Shown here one piece after another: positions 49,061 to 57,600 of a stretch of 64,000 nt of DNA. The stretch is from NCBI GenBank assembly GCA_040387715.1, contig JAZKDF010000001.1:326420-390419 (forward strand). Direction: 5' to 3'. The notes below the pieces were generated by a model. It was not told where the DNA came from, did not search any database, and saw only the letters and a program-made list of their open reading frames with translations. Both the position numbers and the translations under genes were made by a program. The stretch comes from Pseudomonadota bacterium (GTDB lineage Bacteria; Pseudomonadota; Gammaproteobacteria; Burkholderiales; Burkholderiaceae). Position 1 is the first letter of the stretch. Every line of letters begins with the position of its first letter.

Positions 49061-49390
49061 ATGCGCACATTAGACCTTCAGGAGGCCGCTATTTTTCTCA
49101 AGATGCACAAGGAAGAAGTGCGCCGTAGAGCTAAGCTGGGGATTCTTCCGGGGGCAAAAATTGGCAAATGCTGGGTATTTATTGATGATGATCTTGCATT
49201 GCACATTCGTTCGCTGTACGCTATCCGAGAGCAAGCGTTACAGGTGACAACAAGAAAGGAAAGTATATGTCACTCATTAAACGCAGTAGTACGTGGTGGG
49301 TCAGTTTTACCACCCCACGGGGAGAGCGAATTAGACGCTCTGCTCAAACAGAAAATAAGTCTCAAGCGCAAGAATTCCATGACAAATTAA
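49061..49390 (+). CDS. Excisionase-like HTH protein overlapping the integrase start
   Basis: LDLQEAAIFLKMHKEEVRRRAK.G.LPGAKIGKCWVF (MerR-like HTH of the Xis type). Confidence 0.8.
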   Translation: MRTLDLQEAAIFLKMHKEEVRRRAKLGILPGAKIGKCWVFIDDDLALHIRSLYAIREQALQVTTRKESICHSLNAVVRGGSVLPPHGESELDALLKQKISLKRKNSMTN

Positions 49391-50280
49391 AGGCCGAATA
49401 CTGGAGTGTTCAGGTGGTTGGTAATAAACCGAAATACACTTGGGATGAAGCTGGCGTGAAGTGGTTATCTGAAATGAGTCACAAGAAAACTCATCTTGAG
49501 GATGTGAGAAAGTTGGCTTGGCTTCAGCAGTATTTGCGGGGAAGGGTTTTGTCAGAAATTTCACGTGATGACATATCGGCTATCGGTGAAGTAAAGAGAG
49601 ATGAGTCCAGTGGTTCCACTGCAAATCGGTATCTTGCGTTGATTCGTGCAATTTTGAGGCGGGCTTGTTTTGAGTGGGAGTGGATTATTCGGACCCCCAA
49701 GGTGAGAATGTATCAAGAGGCAAAACGTAGGGTGCGTTGGATAACTCCTGAGCAGGCAAAGGTTTTGTTAGGGGAATTACCTTTGCACCAAAAGGAAATA
49801 ACCCTTTTTGCATTATCAACGGGTTTAAGGCAGGCCAATGTAGTGCAGTTAACCTGGCCGCAAGTAGATTTGGTGCGAGGTACTGTTTGGATTCCAAGCG
49901 ATAAGGCAAAAGCCGGAGAGGATATTCATGTTTCGCTTAGTGAATTTTCTACTCAAGTCTTGCATCGTCAATTGGGAAAACATAAAGATCGAGTATTTAC
50001 TTATGCTGGAAAGCCGGTTCAGCAGGCAAATACAAAATCTTGGCGTAATGCTTTAAAGAGGGCTGGAATCGAGAATTTCAGATGGCATGACTTGAGGCAC
50101 ACGTGGGCAAGCTGGTTGGTGCAAAACGGCACTCCTTTATATGTTCTGCAAGAAATGGGCGGATGGAAGTCTTCTGAGATGGTTCGGCGGTATGCGCACC
50201 TAGCACCTGCGCAGTTGGCGCAACATGCTGCTGTAGTTGGAAATCTGCTTTGTGACACAAACTTGGCACAAAGCCTGTAA
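49267..50280 (+). CDS. Phage-type tyrosine integrase
   Basis: GLRQAN (R), KAG (K), HDLRHTWAS (HxxR) and GGW..EMVRRYAH (W, Y). It ends next to the tRNA. Confidence 0.95.
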   Translation: MSLIKRSSTWWVSFTTPRGERIRRSAQTENKSQAQEFHDKLKAEYWSVQVVGNKPKYTWDEAGVKWLSEMSHKKTHLEDVRKLAWLQQYLRGRVLSEISRDDISAIGEVKRDESSGSTANRYLALIRAILRRACFEWEWIIRTPKVRMYQEAKRRVRWITPEQAKVLLGELPLHQKEITLFALSTGLRQANVVQLTWPQVDLVRGTVWIPSDKAKAGEDIHVSLSEFSTQVLHRQLGKHKDRVFTYAGKPVQQANTKSWRNALKRAGIENFRWHDLRHTWASWLVQNGTPLYVLQEMGGWKSSEMVRRYAHLAPAQLAQHAAVVGNLLCDTNLAQSL

Positions 50281-50319
50281 AAGAAAAGGGACCACATTTC
50301 TGTGATCCCTTTGTATTAC

Positions 50320-50395
50320 TGGTGGGTCGGGCGAGATTCGAACTCGCGACCAACGGATTAAAAGTCCGCTGCTCTACCGACTGAGCTACCGACCC
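50320..50395 (-). tRNA. tRNA-Lys (anticodon UUU), with encoded CCA
   Basis: GGGTCGGTAGCTCAGTCGGTAGAGCAGCGGACTTTTAATCCGTTGGTCGCGAGTTCGAATCTCGCCCGACCCACCA, a 76-nt cloverleaf. Confidence 0.98.
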
Positions 50396-50407
50396 AGTAA
50401 GAACGAA

Positions 50408-50416
50408 ATTATAGCA
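50408..50416 (-). promoter_or_regulatory. Extended -10 promoter of tRNA-Lys
   Basis: TGCTATAAT on the minus strand, 12 nt upstream of the tRNA. Confidence 0.6.
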
Positions 50417-50481
50417 AGAACTTGGTTTGGCTTCCCTAGGTTTCCTGGGTTTGCCCTCTGCGCCTTGTAATTACAAGAGCG

Positions 50482-51819
50482 CTATGCGTTTGCTCGTCTG
50501 GCAACCGGCGGGTTTTTGGAGAAATAGTCCTTAATTCCCCTCAAAATGGCCTCAGCAATTTGATCTTGGTAGACATCGTCATTTAGGCGGGCTTCTTCTT
50601 GCGGGTTGCTGATAAAGGCGGTCTCAACCAAGATTGAGGGGATATCAGGGGCCTTGAGAACCGCAAAGCTCGCTTGCTCTACTTTTCCTTTGTGTAGAGG
50701 TGCAAATCCACTAATTCGCTTCAGAATGGAGCTGCCAACCTGAAGTGAGTCTTTAATTTGGGCGGTTGTGGACATATCTAGCAATAGGTTTGCTATTTGC
50801 TTATCTTGCGTCTTAATGTTGATACCGCCAATTAAGTCGGAAGCATTTTCTTTGTTGGCCATCCAGCGTGCCATTGTGCTACTGGCTCCCATTTGTGAGA
50901 GTGCAAAAACTGAGGCACCTTTAGCTCTTGGCTCTATGAACGCATCCGCATGAATGGAGACAAATAAATCTGCTTCCACTCGTCGTGCTTTCTGTACGCG
51001 AGTATGAAGGGGTACAAAGTAATCCCCATCCCTAGTCAGAAATGGGCGCATATAGGGGTCATTCTCAATCTTGTCGCGAAGGCGCTTGGCAATAGAGAGT
51101 ACGACATGCTTTTCTTTGGAGCCCATAGCGCCAATAGCACCCGGATCTTCTCCACCATGGCCGGCATCGATTGCAATAGTGATGAGGCGTTTGTATTTCG
51201 CTTGAGCGGGAAGTTCTTTGACATCGGGAATTGCTTGAGCTACTGGAGCCTTTGGAGCATCTTTCTCTTTCTTTTTTGCAAACTGCGCAATCAGGTCGAC
51301 TTCTTCATTGGCTTTTTCTAGTGCGCTTTCTTTACGGGCGCTACTCTTTACCAATTCCATTAAGGGGTCTGGCGGAGTTGCTGGGTAGAGGTCTAGAACC
51401 ATGCGGTATTGATACTCTGCGATTGGATCCAGCGTAAATAGCTGTGGCTTCACAGGTTCTTTCAGGTCAAATACCAGGCGCACCATGCCGGGTTGAAATT
51501 GACCTACACGAATTTGTGAAACATAAGGATCATTTGGTTTTACTTTGGCTACCAAATCTTTCAGAGTGGCATTTAATTCCATACCCTGCACATCAACGAC
51601 TAAGCGATCAGGGTTCGTGAGTAGTTGTTGGGTAATGGGCAACGCTTTATCCGACTCGAGCGTGATGCGCGTGTAATCCTCTGCAGGCCAAATACGCACA
51701 CCTAGGATCTTGGCGCCCCAGGCAATTTCCGCCTCACTGAAAAAAAAGATGAAGCCCAGCATCTTTGCTGAATTCTGGAGATGCTTTCTTCTGGACGGGT
51801 TGATAGGAGTTTTGCTCAT
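50482..51819 (-). CDS. amiC: N-acetylmuramoyl-L-alanine amidase with AMIN domain
   Basis: Tat-like leader (SRRKHL), AMIN domain, and DAGHGGEDPGA, SIHADA and VETAFISN motifs. Confidence 0.93.
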   Translation of the reverse strand: MSKTPINPSRRKHLQNSAKMLGFIFFFSEAEIAWGAKILGVRIWPAEDYTRITLESDKALPITQQLLTNPDRLVVDVQGMELNATLKDLVAKVKPNDPYVSQIRVGQFQPGMVRLVFDLKEPVKPQLFTLDPIAEYQYRMVLDLYPATPPDPLMELVKSSARKESALEKANEEVDLIAQFAKKKEKDAPKAPVAQAIPDVKELPAQAKYKRLITIAIDAGHGGEDPGAIGAMGSKEKHVVLSIAKRLRDKIENDPYMRPFLTRDGDYFVPLHTRVQKARRVEADLFVSIHADAFIEPRAKGASVFALSQMGASSTMARWMANKENASDLIGGINIKTQDKQIANLLLDMSTTAQIKDSLQVGSSILKRISGFAPLHKGKVEQASFAVLKAPDIPSILVETAFISNPQEEARLNDDVYQDQIAEAILRGIKDYFSKNPPVARRANA

Positions 51820-51821
51820 TT

Positions 51822-52352
51822 CTATTGGGAGTGCATTTTTTCTACAACAGCTCTTCCCTGGTCTGAGCTTGCCTGGAGGCTAATATTTCTTGCGTTTTCA
51901 TCCTCTGCCGAACTGAGTTGAATCTGAATATCAAATGCGGGTAGCGTACCCTCAGCTTTTTCTGGCCACTCCACCAAGCAGAATCCAGGCTCATCAAAAT
52001 GCTCTGCAAAGCCTGCCTCTTGCCACTCTAGTGGATCTCTCATGCGATACAGATCAAAGTGATGGGCGGTGATGCAGATTGCGTGATTTGCATCACTGCT
52101 TTTGATTTGAACGGGGTAGGGCTCGCACAAGGTGTAAGTTGGACTCTTAACCCTGCCTTTATATCCCATAGCCTGTATTAGGTAGCGGGCAAAAGTGGTC
52201 TTACCGGCTCCCAGATCGCCTTCCAGGGATATATTGAGGTGGGCACTCTCCGTTGTTTGAAAAAGATGGCTAAGACTGAAGGCAAGCTTTTGTGCCAAAG
52301 CAGTTGTATCTGCTTCCTGCCTACAATGTTGAGTAAATAAATTCTGAGCCAT
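51822..52352 (-). CDS. tsaE: t6A biosynthesis ATPase
   Basis: GDLGAGKTT, VKSPTY, HFDLYR and VEWPEK motifs. Confidence 0.95.
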   Translation of the reverse strand: MAQNLFTQHCRQEADTTALAQKLAFSLSHLFQTTESAHLNISLEGDLGAGKTTFARYLIQAMGYKGRVKSPTYTLCEPYPVQIKSSDANHAICITAHHFDLYRMRDPLEWQEAGFAEHFDEPGFCLVEWPEKAEGTLPAFDIQIQLSSAEDENARNISLQASSDQGRAVVEKMHSQ

Positions 52353-52395
52353 TTGCCTAGTTTATTCAATTATTAAGCTACATTCTGTATTCCCA

Positions 52396-53490
52396 ATGAC
52401 TTCTTCCAAAATACCGAACTCTGTTGACCAGGCCAATCTTCGTAAATGGCTAGATGATCAGTCTCGTAATTTGGGTTTTGATGGCTTACGCATTACCGAT
52501 ACGCACCTTGGAGCGGCTTCAGAGAGGCTACATGAGTGGTTGGAGCAGGGTCGCCATGGCCAGATGGAATACATGGCTAAACATGCTAATTTACGCTCCG
52601 ATCCCGGTGCGCTGGTTCCAGGGGCTGTCAGGGTGATTTGCGTCTCCATGAATTACCTTCCGCCCGAAATCAACTTTGATCGCGAGTGGCAACGATTGGC
52701 TGAGCCGGCTCAAGCAGTGGTATCGATGTATGCCCGTGGGCGCGACTATCACAAGGTGATGCGCAATCGTTTGCAAGAATTCGCGCAACGGATTGAAGCG
52801 CACATTGGATCATTTGGCTATCGCGTGTTTACGGATTCAGCGCCATTGATGGAGGTTGAGTTGGCTCGTAAAGCGGGCTTGGGTTGGCGGGGCAAGCACA
52901 CGCTACTACTCAATCGTGAATCTGGATCAACATTCTTTCTGGGTGAAATCTTGGTGGACGTTCCACTGCCGATTGATCAAGAAGAAGAGGCGCATTGCGG
53001 TACTTGCCAAGCTTGCATGGATATTTGCCCCACGCAAGCCATTACTGCACCTTACCAATTAGATGCGCGACGCTGCATCTCGTATTTAACGATTGAAAAT
53101 CCGAACGCCATTCCAGTGGAGTTTCGAAGGGCCGTGGGCAATCGCGTTTATGGGTGCGATGACTGCCAATTGATTTGCCCTTGGAATAAATTTGCACAAC
53201 GTACAGCCTTGCCGGACTTTGCTGAGCGCCATGGCCTTGGCAAAGCAAGCCTCTTGCAACTCTGGTCTTGGACTGAGGAAGAATTTGAGAAGCGTCATGA
53301 GGGGAGTGCCATTCGTCGTATCGGCTACTCCCGCTGGCGCAGAAATTTGGCGGTAGCGATGGGTAATGCCTTGGCTGATAGCACCGTGCCTGAGTCGGAT
53401 AAAGGGTTGCTGAGAAATGCCTTACGTGATGCCTTGCCCGCATCTGATGCCTTGGTGGTCGAGCATATTCAATGGGCACTAGATTCTTAA
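52396..53490 (+). CDS. queG: Epoxyqueuosine reductase
   Basis: YARGRDYH, DSAPLME, CGTCQACMDICPT and GCDDCQLICPWN motifs. Confidence 0.96.
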   Translation: MTSSKIPNSVDQANLRKWLDDQSRNLGFDGLRITDTHLGAASERLHEWLEQGRHGQMEYMAKHANLRSDPGALVPGAVRVICVSMNYLPPEINFDREWQRLAEPAQAVVSMYARGRDYHKVMRNRLQEFAQRIEAHIGSFGYRVFTDSAPLMEVELARKAGLGWRGKHTLLLNRESGSTFFLGEILVDVPLPIDQEEEAHCGTCQACMDICPTQAITAPYQLDARRCISYLTIENPNAIPVEFRRAVGNRVYGCDDCQLICPWNKFAQRTALPDFAERHGLGKASLLQLWSWTEEEFEKRHEGSAIRRIGYSRWRRNLAVAMGNALADSTVPESDKGLLRNALRDALPASDALVVEHIQWALDS

Positions 53491-53534
53491 GTCCGCCTTG
53501 CCAATTTCATCCCCATCTCACTTACAATGAGTCC

Positions 53535-54320
53535 ATGTCATCAGCCGATCAACCCTATATAGACCCTAGCGAAATCGCCCTACAGGGTTCGGCGGCGCAG
53601 CGTTTTAAAAATCGTAGTGACGCTTTCTGGGCTGGCATTCGTGATGCTGCAGGAGCGCCAGCGATGGTTTTATTTGCTGGCATGGTGGGCTTTGGGGCGA
53701 TGGGCAAAACCAATGGCGTAGACGCTTGGTTTACTGGGGCGACTAGCTTCTTAATGTTTGCCTTACCTGGTCAGGTGGTTTTGTTGGAGATGGCGATTAC
53801 TGGATCATCGGTTCTGGCAATCATATTGGCCGTCTCTCTGACATCCACTCGCTTCATTACGATGACAGTAACCCTCTTTCCGCAGTTCCACGAGAAAGAT
53901 CGCAATCATCGCCTCTACGCTTCGGTCCATTTGTTGGCAATGACGGCTTGGGCTATCTCGATGCGCGAGTTTCAGACGATGGAAGCAAAGCATCGCCTGA
54001 GTTACTTTGTTGGCTTAGGATTGTTATGTTGGTTGATCTCCATTCCGGGAACTATCTTGGGGTATTTTCTAGCGGGTATGGTTCCCGCAGCAATTACGCT
54101 TGGCCTGGTTTTCATTAACCCCCTATTCTTTTTGCTGACCTTTACCGAGGTAAAGCCTTGGATTAATCGTATTGCGATCGGCCTAGGATTTGTGCTCGGA
54201 CCTTTTTTCTTTATCTTGGACCGAGATACCAGCTTGCTCACTACTGGCTTGGTAGCAGGAACGGCAGCTTACTTCTTTGATTGCAAAGTACTGCGTAAGA
54301 AAGCAGGGGTGATCAGCTGA
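53535..54320 (+). CDS. AzlC-family transporter
   Basis: Polytopic protein with FALPGQ and SLTSTRF motifs, paired with an AzlD-like gene. Confidence 0.8.
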   Translation: MSSADQPYIDPSEIALQGSAAQRFKNRSDAFWAGIRDAAGAPAMVLFAGMVGFGAMGKTNGVDAWFTGATSFLMFALPGQVVLLEMAITGSSVLAIILAVSLTSTRFITMTVTLFPQFHEKDRNHRLYASVHLLAMTAWAISMREFQTMEAKHRLSYFVGLGLLCWLISIPGTILGYFLAGMVPAAITLGLVFINPLFFLLTFTEVKPWINRIAIGLGFVLGPFFFILDRDTSLLTTGLVAGTAAYFFDCKVLRKKAGVIS

Positions 54321-54661
54321 TGAATGCCGCTCTTCAAGGATGGGGTTTATGGATTGCTTTAGCGGGCGCCACCATCGGAACCTATTTTTGCCGCGCGATC
54401 GGTGTCTTGCTCGCAAAACGGATTAATCAAGATAGCGAGATCTTTCGTTGGCTAGCAGCGGTGACTTATGCGATGGTTGCGGCTTTGGTTGTCAGGATGA
54501 TTTTGATGCCGCTTGGCCTCTTGGCAACCGTACCTGTATGGATTCGGATTCTGATTTGTGTTCTCAGCATTGGTGTGATGGTTTCTGGGCCGACACGCAG
54601 ACTCGTTCCAGCCTTATTGACTGGAACCCTCTTAATGCTAGCTTACGGCGTGATGCGCTAA
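54320..54661 (+). CDS. AzlD-family small membrane protein
   Basis: GTYFCRAIG motif, four hydrophobic segments, coupled to the azlC-like gene. Confidence 0.75.
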   Translation: MNAALQGWGLWIALAGATIGTYFCRAIGVLLAKRINQDSEIFRWLAAVTYAMVAALVVRMILMPLGLLATVPVWIRILICVLSIGVMVSGPTRRLVPALLTGTLLMLAYGVMR

Positions 54662-54682
54662 GCCAATCAATTTAGTGGTTTG

Positions 54683-57600
54683 TTAGAGATGGGCCGCCAA
54701 AATTTTGGCGATATGTACCGCGTCTCTTTGGGTGCCATCCGCAATCTGATGACGGCAACTTGTACCATCCGCAACTACCCAGCTATCTGGCGCTTTCCGT
54801 ATTGCAGGCAACAGGCTAGCTTCCGCCATTTGCTTGGATACTTCAATATGTTCAGCTTCATAACCAAAGCTACCTGCCATGCCACAACAGGAAGACTCTA
54901 TGAGTTTGGGTTCGGCATTGGGAATTAACCTCAAGAGTTCCATTGCCGGTGTAACAGCGGCAAATGATTTTTGATGGCAATGTCCATGAAATAACACGGG
55001 GCGTGAGGCTGGTTTTAATTGCAGCTTGAGCTTGCCACTTTTTGCTTCACTAGCTAAAAACTCTTCTAAGAGTTGCACATGCCTGCTCACGGTAATGGCA
55101 CGCTCACCAAAGCCCATCACCAATGCCTCATCCTTGAGCGTGAAAAGACAAGAAGGCTCGAGGCCAATAATGGGGATGTCTTTTTCTGCAAAAGGAGCTA
55201 GATGATTGACCAACTCATCTAAGCTGGCCTTGGCCTTATCCACCATGCCGGCGGCCAAGTAGGTGCGACCGCAACAGAATTCTTTAGAGCAGGTATTTTT
55301 TGTTGTGCTTGAGTCAGCGCTTGGTTTATCCAGACCCTTCTGTGGAATGTGAACGCGATATCCAGCGGCCTTGAGTACAGCCAGAGCTGCTTGTAGATTT
55401 TCATCTTCAAAATAAGCGTTGAAGGTGTCAGCTAAAAGTACCACACCCTTATTGCCATTTATATCAGGCTTACTCAGCTCCGCTGGCGTAAATTGATATG
55501 GTGCAATCGCATGCTGATTGCTCCAGAATGTTGTCGCTTTCCAGATTGGCAAACTCCTTTGTGCAGAAATGCCCATCAGCCATTCTTGTAGTTTGGCAAT
55601 TGGTGCAATGTGATTGCGAAGATTGAGTAATGCAGGAAGCCCTGGGATGCTACTAATGATCGGGGCATATTTGGGTAGATAGGCGACGGCTAGATCACGC
55701 ATCGTATGGCCAACCCGCTTTTTATAAGCCGACAGAAACTCAATCTTCATCTTAGCCATGTCTACGCCGGTAGGGCACTCACGGCGGCAGGCTTTGCAGC
55801 TAACGCAGAGCTCCATCACTTCTTGAATGGCATCACTTCCGAGGGGCGAACTTTCATCCTGGATATCCAGTTGATTCGAGAGTGCGAGACGCAAGGTATT
55901 AGCGCGACCACGGGTGAGGTGCTTTTCATCGCGAGTGACTCGATAGCTGGGGCACATTACTTCTGCATCAAATTTACGACAGTGACCATTGTTATTGCAC
56001 ATCTCCACTGCTTTAGCGAGGCCCATTGCAGGATCGCCACCAGTACCTGGTGCACTGGTTTCTTCAGTAACGGGATTGTTTTGCACATTCCAAGCGGACC
56101 AATCTAAGGCCGGTTTCAGTGGAATGACTTTATAGCTTGGTGGATAGCGGAAGTTGCTCACATCATCCATCTTGGGTGGATCAATAATCTTTCCAGGGTT
56201 AAATAATCCCTTGGGATCAAATGCCTGTTTGATTTCACGGAGAGCTTCAGTAATCTTGGGGCCAAACTGCCAAGAGATCCATTCGCCACGGCAGAGTCCG
56301 TCGCCATGCTCGCCGCTATAGGCACCCTTGTATTTGCGTACGAGCGCTGAAGCCTCTTCGGCAACTGCACGCATCTTCTGCGCACCATCGCGACGCATGT
56401 CTAGGATCGGGCGGACGTGGAGGGTGCCTACTGAAGCATGTGCATACCAAGTCCCGCGTGAGCCGTATTTAGAAAATACATCGGTGAGTGCTTGGGTGTA
56501 TTCAGCAAGGCTCTCTAACGGAACTGCGCAGTCCTCAATAAAGCTCACAGGCTTGCCATCACCTTTGAGGCTCATCATGATGTTTAGGCCTGCCTTACGC
56601 ACTTCCCATAGATTCTTTTGTAAGCCAGCATCAGGCATGACAACAACTGATCCCGGAAGTCCTAAGTCACCCATCAGGCTTTGTAAGGACTTTAATTTCT
56701 CGAGCAGGGGCGCATGCGCTTCCCCTGAAAACTCCACCAATAGGATGGCCTCCGGGGTTTGAGCGCCGGCATCAATCAGGGCGGTCTCAATGGTTTTCTT
56801 AAAGCTTGGGTTGTGACGCGCCAAGTCGATCATGGTGCGATCCACTAGTTCAACAGCAGTAGGCCCGAGCTTGACGATATGTTGCGCGCTATCCATTGCC
56901 TTAAAGAAGCTGGCAAAGTTCACTACCCCAAGTACTTTGTGTTGCGGCAATGGCGCTAACTTGAGTTCAAGTGATTTGAAATAAGCCAATGTACCTTCGC
57001 TACCTACTAGGAGGTGCGCTAAATTGACGCTGCCATCTTGAGTATAGGGACGCTCACTTTGTGGGTGGAAGACATCGAGGTTATATCCAGCCACACGACG
57101 CAATACTTTTGGAAAATGCGCTTCGATTTCTGGTTGGAGTGTATTGGCGAGACCTTTTACAAAATCGCCAAGTTGTTTTGCAGCGCCAGAACTATTGGCG
57201 TAATTTCCAAAACTGGCCATTTGCCCATTCGCCAACCAGGCATCGATTCCTAAAACGTTGTGCACCATATTGCCGTAAGCAATCGAGCGGCTACCGCAGG
57301 AGTTATTACCGGCCATACCGCCAATCGTTGCCTGTCCAGCAGTAGATACGTCTACGGGATACCAGAGGCCGTGGGGCTTGAGTGCGGCGTTGAGGTGATC
57401 TAGAACAATGCCGGGCTCAACAATGGCAGTAGCCTTTGCTGGGTCCGCATGCAATAGTTTGCGAAAGTATTTCGTGTTGTCGATAACAAGTGCTGTGCCA
57501 GTGGTCTGCCCACACTGGCTAGTGCCGCCACCGCGAGGCAAAACTGGGACATCTAAGTCAGCTGCAATCTGAATGGCTGTTGCAATATCTTCAGCGGTTT

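Larger units (their letters stand above)
10354..50364. mobile_element. Tandem (accreted) genomic island at the tRNA-Lys 3' end, with at least seven att-delimited modules
   Basis: Seven co-oriented tRNA fragments, an integrase abutting the intact tRNA, and accessory gene content. The left boundary may lie further out. Confidence 0.85.
34842..50364. mobile_element. Integrative mobilizable element (about 15.5 kb) in tRNA-Lys
   Basis: Perfect 45-bp direct repeats, Tyr integrase plus Xis, MOB_F relaxase, T4CP and RHH accessory protein. No VirB genes. Confidence 0.9.

Noticed and set aside
49267-50280. A classical integron (IntI plus attC)
   Set aside because: I see no IntI-specific insertion, the protein has a phage-type arm-binding N-terminus with a Xis partner, and the module boundaries are tRNA fragments rather than attC palindromes.
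34842-50364. A prophage or self-transmissible ICE
   Set aside because: No capsid, terminase, tail, replication or VirB/Trb genes are present.
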